IMG/VR virus record: IMGVR_UViG_3300047510_001668 | Location: 96,001 to 160,000 of that record | Length of the DNA: 64,000 bases | Direction: 5' to 3' (one strand) | Origin: a virus | Shown: in pieces, positions 44,491-53,506 of the stretch | Numbering within the stretch: position 1 is the first letter of the stretch | How the letters are laid out: every line of letters begins with the position of its first letter | Position numbers and translations under genes: made by a program | The notes under the pieces: model-generated | Told to the model about the DNA's origin: nothing | The model's database searches: none | The model's input: only the letters and a program-made list of their open reading frames with translations

Positions 44491-44540
44491 AATTCCTCCT
44501 GTCGAGCGAATGTGTTAGTGATACCCTTTCGGCGTATCTA
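44491..44540 (-). promoter_or_regulatory. ROSE-like RNA thermometer in the hsp20 leader
   Basis: UUCGCU-CGAC-AGGAGG hairpin over the SD, preceded by a GAAA-capped hairpin. Confidence 0.6.
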
Positions 44541-44546
44541 AGGTTA

Positions 44547-44575
44547 AATGTAACTCCTAACACCCCTACAATCAA
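44547..44575 (-). promoter_or_regulatory. promoter for hsp20
   Basis: TTGATT-N17-TACATT. Confidence 0.6.
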
Positions 44576-44583
44576 GTACTACT

Positions 44584-45003
44584 TTACTTCTTTTTTCCGA
44601 TATTATATTTTGCTACTAGATTCCAATCCTTCTTTTCACCAAAAGCCAACACCTTGATTTGTGATAATGGTGCTGTATCTTCACACATATCAGCATCCAC
44701 AATCTCCACCAAGCCCCAATCTTCTAACAGATGGGCCACCGTGTTTCTGCGTTGCAAATCATTGTCAGACAAGTCAGCTTGTTTGCCATCAAGTGCAAAC
44801 AGTTCCTTGAAATGAACAATGAAGTATCTGCCTTGCTTATGTAAAATATGACAACTCTGATACAACGTTTGGTCTTTGCGTGATGCCACACCAATACGTG
44901 TCAGTGTTTCACGAACCTTCAGAAAGTCATCTTGATTCACCAGTTTCACTTCCACGGGGTGATACCCTGGAATACTAGGTATGTTTATTAAGTCATGTGC
45001 CAT
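44584..45003 (-). CDS. regA: translational repressor RegA
   Basis: DFLKVRETLTRIGVASRK, LYQSCHILHKQGRYFIVHFKELFALDGK. Confidence 0.97.
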   Translation of the reverse strand: MAHDLINIPSIPGYHPVEVKLVNQDDFLKVRETLTRIGVASRKDQTLYQSCHILHKQGRYFIVHFKELFALDGKQADLSDNDLQRRNTVAHLLEDWGLVEIVDADMCEDTAPLSQIKVLAFGEKKDWNLVAKYNIGKKK

Positions 45004-45448
45004 TTGTCAATCCACCTGTGTTCAATCGTTCCTTAATGGTATTTAGTTGGTCAGGTGATAGAATCCTCAGAGCTTGCTGTGCCTTCTCAGTATTGTAATG
45101 ATAATACTGTTTCACCACTTCAAGGTCTTGGACTTTTTCAGCCTTCAACCACTTATTAAATCTCTTGCGAGGTCTAATGGTATTTATAAGGAAATCAAAC
45201 TGGAGGCGTTTCTCCAAATGGGGACGACTATTCATTTCGTTGGCTGCGTGCACGGTGTCAGCCCCGAAACTCAAACTTTTGTTCACAACAAACGGATTGT
45301 ACTGCTTCTCACTCCATTCATCCACTATCAGATGTTCTTTAGTGTAATGAATGGCATTCACGAAATCAAAAGGACTGATTTTCGGCATCTTGTATTCTTC
45401 CACAATCCAGTCCTTGATGATTTCTCCATCAAGGTTCTTCTCGGTCAT
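44993..45448 (-). CDS. 62: clamp loader small subunit (T4 gp62)
   Basis: YNPFVVNKSLS, ANEMN, QFDFLINTIRPRKRF. Confidence 0.93.
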   Translation of the reverse strand: MTEKNLDGEIIKDWIVEEYKMPKISPFDFVNAIHYTKEHLIVDEWSEKQYNPFVVNKSLSFGADTVHAANEMNSRPHLEKRLQFDFLINTIRPRKRFNKWLKAEKVQDLEVVKQYYHYNTEKAQQALRILSPDQLNTIKERLNTGGLTNGT

Positions 45449-46389
45449 GACTTCATCTCACATGCAGCCATGATTTCTGTCAGGCACGCCACCAGATTGA
45501 TTTCAGCATCAGCCACGAACGCTGCCTTGTACTGATAGTCAGCCAACAGCAACACCAACTGAGGAACCTGAACCACCTCAGGCAACAAGAAGTCATACAA
45601 CTTTCTGAACAACACATTCGGGTCATTGTCCATGTTGTTCACCACCCAGGTTCGCATCTTCTTGAAGTCTTTCTCACGCAACGTCACCAACAATTCCTTC
45701 ATGTTGGCATCAGACACATTGCTCAAGATGCCAGCATCAATTGTACCTGACACAGAGTACCGCTGCATCTCATTCAACACACGACGATAATCCGGAAAGT
45801 GCTTGTTCAACAACTCTGCCACCACTTTGGGGTCAAATGTCACGTTCTCGTTGTTCAGAATCTCCTGAACACGCTTGAAGAACTTGGAGGCCACCACAGG
45901 ACGATCCTCCTTGTCCAACTTGAAATCAATCACTGTAGTCCGACTATGTAGGGGAGGGATGATTCTGTTCTTGTAATTGCAAGTGAAGATGAACCGACAA
46001 TTCTTGCTGAACTCCTCAATGAATCCACGGAGAGCGGGTTGTGTGGAATTGGGATTGAGATAATCTGCCTCGTCAAGTATCACCACCTTGACCTTACCGG
46101 CCAACGAAACTGTACTTGCGAAGTCTTTGATTTTAGTCCTCAATACATCAATACCTGATTCTTCTGAACCGTTGATGATGATGTAGTCGCACCCCAATTC
46201 TTCACACAGAGCCCGAGCGATTGTGGTCTTACCTGTACCCGCTGTACCCGACAACAACATGTTGGGGATGTTGTCCTGGTCCACAAACTCCTGGAATGTG
46301 TTTTTCAACTTGTCAGGCAGAATACAATCACTGATTTTCCGCGGACGATATTTTTCAACCCAAAGAAACTGCTCACGATTGGCTTCCAT
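45445..46389 (-). CDS. 44: clamp loader AAA+ subunit (T4 gp44)
   Basis: WVEKYRP, GTAGTGKTT, ILDEADYL, PLHSR. Confidence 0.97.
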   Translation of the reverse strand: MEANREQFLWVEKYRPRKISDCILPDKLKNTFQEFVDQDNIPNMLLSGTAGTGKTTIARALCEELGCDYIIINGSEESGIDVLRTKIKDFASTVSLAGKVKVVILDEADYLNPNSTQPALRGFIEEFSKNCRFIFTCNYKNRIIPPLHSRTTVIDFKLDKEDRPVVASKFFKRVQEILNNENVTFDPKVVAELLNKHFPDYRRVLNEMQRYSVSGTIDAGILSNVSDANMKELLVTLREKDFKKMRTWVVNNMDNDPNVLFRKLYDFLLPEVVQVPQLVLLLADYQYKAAFVADAEINLVACLTEIMAACEMKS

Positions 46390-46391
46390 GA

Positions 46392-47072
46392 TTACACCTT
46401 AGATGTAGAGTCAGCCGCAATAAGATATGTTAAGTCAGAAGAAGTGGACTCAAAGAAGAACACCAACACCTTGCCTGTCTTGGCCACGGCGTGAGCCACA
46501 CGAACATTGTACTCATCAGCCACCACCTTGAAGCTGTCAATGGCCATCTTCACATTGAAAGATGATGTGGAGTCACCCAAAGGCTTCTTGTAGCTGTGAG
46601 AAGTGCTGTTCTTCGGGTCATTGATGCTGAGTGTCACCTTGCCCTTGTCAGACACGATGTTCAACATGGTGGCGGACACGATGCTAGCGGTCTTCACAAT
46701 GGTCTGAATGTCAGATGCCGTCATCTTGAATGAGTACACATCCTCCAACTGAGGAGGATTCTCATTAGGCGCTGTCACCAGACTCTCATCAGCATAGAAA
46801 TATTCCATCTCACCGCCGTTCTCAGAACGAATGGTGAGGCTCTTGTCGCCAAACTCCACGTCAGGATTCTGTGACACGGAAATCAAAGACAGGAGTTGAT
46901 TCAAATCATAAATGGCAAACTGCTGTGGGAATGTTTCATCCACTACCGCACGTGCCTGAATGCTGTTCACGGCATTGCGAGTTGCCAACTTCTTGCCTGG
47001 CTTCACTAGCAGGTTGCTGCTGATTTGTGCGAAGCTTTGAAGAAGTGAAAGTGTCTTGCTGCTAATCTTCAT
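46392..47072 (-). CDS. 45: sliding clamp (T4 gp45)
   Basis: MKISSKTLSLLQSFAQIS, FAIYDLNQLL, YLIAAD; synteny. Confidence 0.92.
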   Translation of the reverse strand: MKISSKTLSLLQSFAQISSNLLVKPGKKLATRNAVNSIQARAVVDETFPQQFAIYDLNQLLSLISVSQNPDVEFGDKSLTIRSENGGEMEYFYADESLVTAPNENPPQLEDVYSFKMTASDIQTIVKTASIVSATMLNIVSDKGKVTLSINDPKNSTSHSYKKPLGDSTSSFNVKMAIDSFKVVADEYNVRVAHAVAKTGKVLVFFFESTSSDLTYLIAADSTSKV

Positions 47073-47077
47073 AAAGG

Positions 47078-47368
47078 TTACTCCTCAGTAGTGTGTTCAA
47101 ATGTATCATGGATGTACAATAATATAATTGCGTAATGTATGATTTTCAAGATGTCTTTTCTGTTGTACCCATTTTTCTTTCCATAACGCTGTGCATACTT
47201 CAAGATGTTGCCAACGGTGAAGCCTACACCATGACCACCATCAATGATGAATTCCGTGGCTTGAAACTTGTTTCGGGAATAATGTTCATCATAGGTGCTG
47301 TCAATGTAGGCTTTCAATTCATTAAGGATTCTATCCTCAAGAAATTTATAGTTGATGTCCTCACGCAT
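47078..47368 (-). CDS. DUF3310-like conserved phage protein
   Basis: Start MREDINYKF; GNILKYAQRYGKKNG..KDILKIIHYA. Confidence 0.8.
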   Translation of the reverse strand: MREDINYKFLEDRILNELKAYIDSTYDEHYSRNKFQATEFIIDGGHGVGFTVGNILKYAQRYGKKNGYNRKDILKIIHYAIILLYIHDTFEHTTEE

Positions 47369-47726
47369 GTTTACCGTCCTCAATGATGGGTTTACCTTGA
47401 CCGTGTGTTTCACACAACGTTTGATACCAGCTGTCGCCACGCAGATTGCCTGGCGCACCACAAAGTTCACAGACTGTGAAACTTCTCTTTTCCACTTCAC
47501 GAATTTTCTCATCCAATTTATCATCAATCACATCCGTGTAAATGCGAAGCCCACCCCACTTCTCCTTGACTTGAATCACCTTGGTGTGTGTACGATGTTC
47601 CTTCATGAAGTAAAACACTTCACGAACAAGTGGTTCCCATCCCTTGCCAACAGACTCAATGGCGAGAGTCAGGTCATATCCCTCATAGATGACATAGGTT
47701 GGATACCGAGGACTCACAGGTTTCAT
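47361..47726 (-). CDS. conserved hypothetical protein with CxxC
   Basis: QVKEKWGGLRIY...CELCGAPG...LC. Confidence 0.75.
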   Translation of the reverse strand: MKPVSPRYPTYVIYEGYDLTLAIESVGKGWEPLVREVFYFMKEHRTHTKVIQVKEKWGGLRIYTDVIDDKLDEKIREVEKRSFTVCELCGAPGNLRGDSWYQTLCETHGQGKPIIEDGKHA

Positions 47727-47755
47727 AATTACTCCTTGTTAAACTAATACAATGA

Positions 47756-47783
47756 AATGTAATGTGTTCTCACACATTGTCAA
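47756..47783 (-). promoter_or_regulatory. sigma70-type promoter for clamp/clamp-loader region
   Basis: TTGACA-N16-TACATT. Confidence 0.7.
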
Positions 47784-47940
47784 GATGAACATTCACCACT
47801 GGAATGTCGGTGCATCTCGTCCACTTAACATCAGGTCTATCACCAGTTCTTACATATCCAATAAACACTTTACCATCCTTGGTGGTGGCAACCAGATAGG
47901 GCCTGTCTCCTATGGCCACACATGATACAACTTCACTCAT
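47770..47940 (-). CDS. hypothetical protein (56 aa)
   Basis: MSEVVSCVAIGDRPYLVATTKDGKVFIG..., GGAGG SD; not in the ORF track. Confidence 0.55.
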   Translation of the reverse strand: MSEVVSCVAIGDRPYLVATTKDGKVFIGYVRTGDRPDVKWTRCTDIPVVNVHLDNV

Positions 47941-47941
47941 A

Positions 47942-48211
47942 TCAACCTCCCAAGAATGTTGCGGAAATCCAAATACCTACATAACTTCCCACCACAGACC
48001 CAAGTGCATATCCTGCCCATTGATGGAATTGGTCTTGTCCATGTGCAATCTTACGGATTACAAAGAAGTTGATGGAGGCAATCATGAAGTCGCTCATGGC
48101 TGCTGTGTGATAATGAGCATCTGCCACGGCACGAAAGTTGATACACCAAACGGTGTAACTCAGTACCTGAATGAAGAATAGCACCGCTGCTTCTTTTAAC
48201 TTTGTCATCAT
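47942..48211 (-). CDS. small multi-TM membrane protein
   Basis: ATGA-coupled; YALGSVVGSYVGIW. Confidence 0.7.
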   Translation of the reverse strand: MMTKLKEAAVLFFIQVLSYTVWCINFRAVADAHYHTAAMSDFMIASINFFVIRKIAHGQDQFHQWAGYALGSVVGSYVGIWISATFLGG

Positions 48212-48843
48212 AGATAAATCTCCCGAATGTAATCCCACACAATAATATTCATGGCGGCGCTCACATTGAAACTTCGAAGAACACCGCGTTGTGGAATAGC
48301 AACTTTATGAAAATCAGGATGTTGAGAAATGATTTCAGGTACTCCGTGACTCTCTGAACCGAAAATGAATACAGGGTTCATCAACCCTTTTTCATACCAA
48401 GGACGAGATTTATATGTACCAATTTCTTCTCCACCTTGTTCACACAACACCACATGATGCTTCAACATCTTCAATTGATTCAGAATGGATTTGTCGGCGG
48501 TCATCGGGTCATCAAAAGTATATTGGACGATGTTGATATATTTCTCAGCACCTACAGTGCTACGTTTATCGAATTTCTTGCGTCCAAAGATGTAAAAATT
48601 CTCAGCCCCAAAAAGACACGCCGAACGAATCATCATTCCTACATTCAACTCACCTGTGATGTTGATGCACCCCACCGAGAAACTACGCTGTTCAGATATG
48701 GTGATGGCAACATTTTGCTCGTAGGTGTTCTGCTTGTACTCATCACGAACATTGTACATCTCACTAGCCGTTTGCTTCGTGATTTCAGAATAGTTCACCA
48801 TGGGATTAGTCATGACAGCACCCATCACATCCGTGAATGGCAT
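48208..48843 (-). CDS. SpoU/TrmH-family RNA 2'-O-methyltransferase
   Basis: NVGMMIRSACLFG, FIFGSESHGV, IPQRGVLRSFNVSAA. Confidence 0.9.
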   Translation of the reverse strand: MPFTDVMGAVMTNPMVNYSEITKQTASEMYNVRDEYKQNTYEQNVAITISEQRSFSVGCINITGELNVGMMIRSACLFGAENFYIFGRKKFDKRSTVGAEKYINIVQYTFDDPMTADKSILNQLKMLKHHVVLCEQGGEEIGTYKSRPWYEKGLMNPVFIFGSESHGVPEIISQHPDFHKVAIPQRGVLRSFNVSAAMNIIVWDYIREIYL

Positions 48844-49084
48844 CTACGTTGGCATAGTCATCACCCTTCACCCGCCGAATGTGTGAAACATGGTCAGGAT
48901 CTGGATGTCCCACACCATGTTCACACACTCGTTCCATCATGTATCGGTCAGTTCTCCAATTCAAGGGCCAATCCTTCATACGATGATTGCTAGGATTATG
49001 AATTACGCAATATTCACCTGAACAATCCTCTTTGGAATGCACCCAAATGATTTTTCCATTATAATCAAACCGTTCCAGCGACAT
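48806..49084 (-). CDS. Cys/His-rich metal-binding phage protein
   Basis: Start MSLERFD; CVIHNPS, ERVCEHGVGHPDPD, HGCDGCC. Confidence 0.75.
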   Translation of the reverse strand: MSLERFDYNGKIIWVHSKEDCSGEYCVIHNPSNHRMKDWPLNWRTDRYMMERVCEHGVGHPDPDHVSHIRRVKGDDYANVDAIHGCDGCCHD

Positions 49085-50204
49085 CCTCACCCTCCTCGGC
49101 GGCATCCGCCGAGGGCATCTCCACACCCGCGTCCACCTTGGTGTACAGGTCCAGGAACGCCGTCTTGGTGTCAGCGTCGAAGCGAGCGATACACATCTCA
49201 ATGGCCTTCATGCGGCTACCGAACATGGCAAAGGCATTCACAATATGCTCCAGACGGCGCGTGCTGATGAGGTCATCAATGGCACCCTCCTTGAACGTCT
49301 TGCGAATGATGTCCGACCATGCCACCAGCTTGTCGGCAAAGTCCTCATCCACCTTCTCCACACGCTCCATCTTCTTCATCACAATCTTCTTCTCCACCTT
49401 CACAGAAGGATACTCCTGCTCAATGGTCACGGCGAAACGCTCCAAGAAGGCGTCATCCAGAATCTGAGCTGACATATACTTGCCAGAATCGGATCCCTGA
49501 CCCTTGGTGTTGGCCGTGGCCACGATGTTGAAGCCAGCCGCCGGATGTACGGTCTCACCGGTCTTCTTGTTGAAGTAAGGCTTGCCTTCCAAGATGGCCT
49601 GCAAGCACATCAACTTGTTGCTGCCACGGTCACACTCATCCAGAATCAGAACAGCACCACGCTTCATGGCCAGAAGCACCGGACCCTCACGATACACCAC
49701 GTTGCCATCAATCAGGGTGTTGCCACCAATCAGGTCATCCTCATCCGTTTCGATGCTGATGTTCACACGAATGGCCTCGCGCTTCAGGCTGGCACACACC
49801 TGCTCCACCATGGTGGTCTTACCATTACCAGATAGACCCGTGATGAACACCGGATAGAAATTCTTGCTGGACAGAATGGTGGTCAGGTCCTTGTGGAAGC
49901 CAAACGCCACGTAGGTGGCATCCTTCTTGGGTACCAGATTGTCCACCTCAACCTTCAACTTGGGCTGAGTCAGATGCATCACAGCAGGGGAATCAGGCAC
50001 GTTCACAATCTCCAGAACAGGGTTGGAAGTAGGGGCAGAATTGCCATTCACATGATACACACCACGGCGAACCTTGTTGGCGTGATTGGACAGAAACGGA
50101 CTTGGGTTCACATTGATGCTGTTGGCCACCTGGACCACCTCAGGCCGCGTGAACTCCTGCTTGCCAGTGCTACGAAGAGCATCCACCAGTCGCTGAACCG
50201 TCAT
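49065..50204 (-). CDS. MoxR/CobS-type AAA+ ATPase
   Basis: GLSGNGKT, ILDECD, ATANTKG, LDDAFLERF, ISTRRL. Confidence 0.92.
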   Translation of the reverse strand: MTVQRLVDALRSTGKQEFTRPEVVQVANSINVNPSPFLSNHANKVRRGVYHVNGNSAPTSNPVLEIVNVPDSPAVMHLTQPKLKVEVDNLVPKKDATYVAFGFHKDLTTILSSKNFYPVFITGLSGNGKTTMVEQVCASLKREAIRVNISIETDEDDLIGGNTLIDGNVVYREGPVLLAMKRGAVLILDECDRGSNKLMCLQAILEGKPYFNKKTGETVHPAAGFNIVATANTKGQGSDSGKYMSAQILDDAFLERFAVTIEQEYPSVKVEKKIVMKKMERVEKVDEDFADKLVAWSDIIRKTFKEGAIDDLISTRRLEHIVNAFAMFGSRMKAIEMCIARFDADTKTAFLDLYTKVDAGVEMPSADAAEEGEDVAGTV

Positions 50205-50248
50205 ACAACCTCCATGATGAAGTAGAACATCTCACGAACCATACATTA

Positions 50249-50309
50249 AATATAACTGTTTTCCAGCCATTTGTCAAGAGGGGCTAAGTCATTGAAAATC
50301 AACAACTTA
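50249..50309 (-). promoter_or_regulatory. early promoter with upstream palindrome
   Basis: TTGACA (50272-50277), N17, TATATT; palindrome at 50285-50309. Confidence 0.85.
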
Positions 50310-52481
50310 CGCCACCTGCTTCACGAAGGCGTTCAGGAACACACGGGACACCATCTTGGTATTCTGCATTTTCTTGAATGCCTTTAATAGTCCGTTCCGT
50401 GAGGTGTTCACCTCTTGTAACGCCTTGTCCATGTCCATTTCTTCAATACCAATTTCAGAACCTGGCACCATGTAGTAGGTGTCATAGCCACGAACCTTCA
50501 AGCCAATGTACTTGTGCTTGTTGAACTCCTGCTTCCATTGCTGTTCAAATACTGCATCATTCACCGCATCCACACTCATCTGCAACTTGCGATAGGCCTG
50601 AGACTTGTAGTTACGACCACTCATCAAGTAGATACCTACCACACGCGAACCTGTCAGATGCTTGTACATCTCCAGCAACTGTGTGGTGTAGCCCTGATAG
50701 TAACCTGTGGTACAGGCAATCTGATGGCGGGTCTTGCGATTCTCAATGATGGTGCGACGACCCAGATGAACCGGATGCATACCCTTTTCCGGATAATCAG
50801 GATTGATACCCATCACCTGAATGCCATTCGTGGCCTCACCGTCTGTGAGAATCACAGTGTTCAACACCTCAATACGATACTCCTCACGGAACTGCTGAGC
50901 CACATGGTTCAACACCAGGATGCTCTCATTCAGTGGTGTGGATCCCAGGTCGAACCCTGTGGGAAGGGATGCCGAACCCCCCTGCCAGTAGTAACGACCA
51001 TAGGTGTGCTTGAAGCAGTATGCCAACATCAACACATTCTGAATGGCCTTCATGAACTCCTGGGTCTTCATGCTGCTGTGAAATAACTGCTTCAAACGGA
51101 AGTAGTGACCATGAATCTGTAAAGCCCCCATGGTTTCATCATTTCTAGTTACCTCAAAATTCACATCTTCCCGAGCACCAGAACCCGTGTCATAGAAACC
51201 ATACACATCAAAGGGAATGTTCACCTTGCGGCAGAACATCACCAGACTCACCAGCTGCTCGATGGTGTCACCAATGTTGTCCTGCATGCTGCTGGACATA
51301 TCAATCAACATCAGCATGCCATGATTCTTGCCATCAGGCACCGTGGTGGTCTGAAGAAACAAGTTCTCTGACAGCTTGTGGCTCCAGATGCGATTCATGT
51401 CCAGCTCACCCGTCTTACTCACCTTGGCACGGGCAAACTGCTTGGCATTGCGACGAAGCTCAAACTCACGAACCATGTGTGAGATGTACTTGCGATTGGC
51501 CTGCATGAACTTGTTGTACAACTCCAAACGCTTGGACTCGATGACCGGATTAAACTTCAATTGTTCATGAGTCTTTTTCCAATCCACCACAAACTTCTTC
51601 ACATCCAGTTTCGGAAAATGCGCATACGTGGCAGGATAGGCATTCTCATCAATCAACTTTTCCTGATTCTGTTCCAAGGCATCTGCTGTGATGGAAGAGG
51701 TCTCATCCTTGCTCATCCAATCCTGAATCTTCTGCTTGGCCTTGTCAGATGCCTTCTCCAAAGCATCTGCCATATGATTCTTGCCTGCCTTACGGAGACG
51801 GTCAATGGTGTCCTGGACACTGGTGGTCTCACCATCCTCAGACTCATCACCTGACTCACCTTGACCATCATTGTCCAGCGCCTCCATCAAATCCTCGAAC
51901 AAATCATCCAGTTCGGACTTTTCATCCTTGGCCACATCCATGAACTCCTTGGCCAACATCATCACATCCTCGAACGTTTCCGCCGCCTCGATGCGGTCCA
52001 CCAGGTCCTGTTCCGTCGGACTGAACGTGATGTCGGCGCGAGCACCCAACTTGAAATACACATTGGCGCGGTCGGCAAAAGGAAGATGCTTCATGTCCTC
52101 CATGGCGACACCAAAGAAGCCACGATCCACCAGCTGAGTGTAGCCATTGTACATGGGGCGCTTCAACCCAGGGTACTTGCGCTTCATCTTCTTTTCAATA
52201 CGCGCATCTTCCACAAGATTCAGAAACGTCTTGTACTCCTTGCCATACTCCTGAACCTTGTTCACCCAACCCGCAGCCGGCGTGTACAAGGCATGACCCA
52301 CCTCATGACCAATCATCAGGTCATACAGGTCGGCGTCCATGTCTTGCCAGATGGGGAGAACAAGAACGCGGTTCTTCACATCAAATGAAGGACCGCGAAC
52401 CTTTTGGTGTTCAATACGAATGTCCTCGGCGGCCAGAAGCCGACCCAGCGTGCTCTTGGTGGAGTCCAAAACGTTCGCCAT
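50307..52481 (-). CDS. CobT-like VWA-domain protein with N-terminal HExxH domain
   Basis: GHEVGHALYT; MIDAS motif LIDMSSSM, GSTPLNE, ILTDGE. Confidence 0.88.
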   Translation of the reverse strand: MANVLDSTKSTLGRLLAAEDIRIEHQKVRGPSFDVKNRVLVLPIWQDMDADLYDLMIGHEVGHALYTPAAGWVNKVQEYGKEYKTFLNLVEDARIEKKMKRKYPGLKRPMYNGYTQLVDRGFFGVAMEDMKHLPFADRANVYFKLGARADITFSPTEQDLVDRIEAAETFEDVMMLAKEFMDVAKDEKSELDDLFEDLMEALDNDGQGESGDESEDGETTSVQDTIDRLRKAGKNHMADALEKASDKAKQKIQDWMSKDETSSITADALEQNQEKLIDENAYPATYAHFPKLDVKKFVVDWKKTHEQLKFNPVIESKRLELYNKFMQANRKYISHMVREFELRRNAKQFARAKVSKTGELDMNRIWSHKLSENLFLQTTTVPDGKNHGMLMLIDMSSSMQDNIGDTIEQLVSLVMFCRKVNIPFDVYGFYDTGSGAREDVNFEVTRNDETMGALQIHGHYFRLKQLFHSSMKTQEFMKAIQNVLMLAYCFKHTYGRYYWQGGSASLPTGFDLGSTPLNESILVLNHVAQQFREEYRIEVLNTVILTDGEATNGIQVMGINPDYPEKGMHPVHLGRRTIIENRKTRHQIACTTGYYQGYTTQLLEMYKHLTGSRVVGIYLMSGRNYKSQAYRKLQMSVDAVNDAVFEQQWKQEFNKHKYIGLKVRGYDTYYMVPGSEIGIEEMDMDKALQEVNTSRNGLLKAFKKMQNTKMVSRVFLNAFVKQVA

Positions 52482-52523
52482 ACAACCCCCGTGTCAGAAG
52501 AAAACCCTAGCAGCTATACATTA

Positions 52524-52586
52524 AGTATAATTGCTAGGGCGTCCTTTGTCAAGCCCCTACGTAAGTTGTTGAAAATCAACGACTTA
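52524..52586 (-). promoter_or_regulatory. early promoter with upstream palindrome
   Basis: TTGACA (52547-52552), N17, TATACT; palindrome at 52562-52586. Confidence 0.85.
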
Positions 52587-53160
52587 CAGCCTTCTTCTTT
52601 CTCGGAGATTTAGACTTTTGGGGCTTGAATTTCGTTTGCAAACGCTTGGTGACTTCATCACCTGACATCCAAATATCTTTATTTTGTAAAATGGAATTGA
52701 TTTCACCTTCTGTCAGAAATCCTGTATATACATCCTTCCATAATCTGCGACTCCATTCACGCTCATGCACAATGTTATCATACATCTCGCCACCCTTACC
52801 AAAACTACCTGAACTGTAATTGTGAAACATGAACATGGAATGCTTGCTGATTTCAAAATGCTTGGCAGACAAGAATATCACTGTGGCTGCACTCATGCAA
52901 GCACCTTCCACAGATGCCACGATGTTGGCTTTGGTTTCTGCAAATGCTCGCATGAACTGAATGGCTGTGAACAAGTCACCACCGTAGCTGTTAATATGAA
53001 TCACAATCACATCATTTTCACTGGCGTTTCGAATGGTTTCAAACCAGTGAATGTATTCTGAAGGTGATTTTATCTCACCTGAAAGATAGAACTTATGAAC
53101 TTTGGAAATGGGCCGGTCTGTGAATGCTGTCGCCATGGGCGATTCAATTGGTTTCTCCAT
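52576..53160 (-). CDS. ClpP-family protease
   Basis: HINSYGGDL, GACMSAAT (catalytic Ser), MFMFHN (His), KDIWM. Confidence 0.88.
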   Translation of the reverse strand: MEKPIESPMATAFTDRPISKVHKFYLSGEIKSPSEYIHWFETIRNASENDVIVIHINSYGGDLFTAIQFMRAFAETKANIVASVEGACMSAATVIFLSAKHFEISKHSMFMFHNYSSGSFGKGGEMYDNIVHEREWSRRLWKDVYTGFLTEGEINSILQNKDIWMSGDEVTKRLQTKFKPQKSKSPRKKKAVSR

Positions 53161-53506
53161 AATACCTGGTCACCTGTAGAATCCTGTCAATTTGTTTTTG
53201 AATGATGTCTTTACGATTCGGCCAATGAATGTATTCCTTGTCAGGATTCTTTTGGAGATTGTAAAGAAGGGGAAGGATCAACTGCTCAACTTGTTGTAAC
53301 TTACCGCGTACTTCTGATGTCACCAGCTGTTTGTGTTGTTCAATCAGAGATGAGGTGTCACCTGTTGTGAGTTCTTCCAACTTGTTTTCTAATGCAGAAA
53401 TTTTATCTAATAGTTCTTCTTTGAAATTTGGATCCACGGGAGTGACGGTGGGAAGTCCATCATTCTCCTCGAAGGAAAATCCAAAATCGAATTGATTATC
53501 GTCCAT
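53144..53506 (-). CDS. conserved T4-like hypothetical protein
   Basis: DFGFS N-terminus; ILPLLYNLQKNPDKEYIHWPNR. Confidence 0.75.
   Translation of the reverse strand: MDDNQFDFGFSFEENDGLPTVTPVDPNFKEELLDKISALENKLEELTTGDTSSLIEQHKQLVTSEVRGKLQQVEQLILPLLYNLQKNPDKEYIHWPNRKDIIQKQIDRILQVTRYYGETN

Larger units (their letters stand above)
44037..44571. repeat. 18-bp inverted repeat (one mismatch) flanking hsp20
   Basis: TTGTAGGAGTGTTAGGAG at 44037-44054 and CTCCTAACACCCCTACAA at 44554-44571. Confidence 0.7.

Noticed and set aside
49065-52481. Cobaltochelatase CobS/CobT auxiliary metabolic genes feeding the B12-dependent RNR
   Set aside because: No cobN or other cob genes; the motifs are those of generic MoxR/VWA pairs common in T4-like phages
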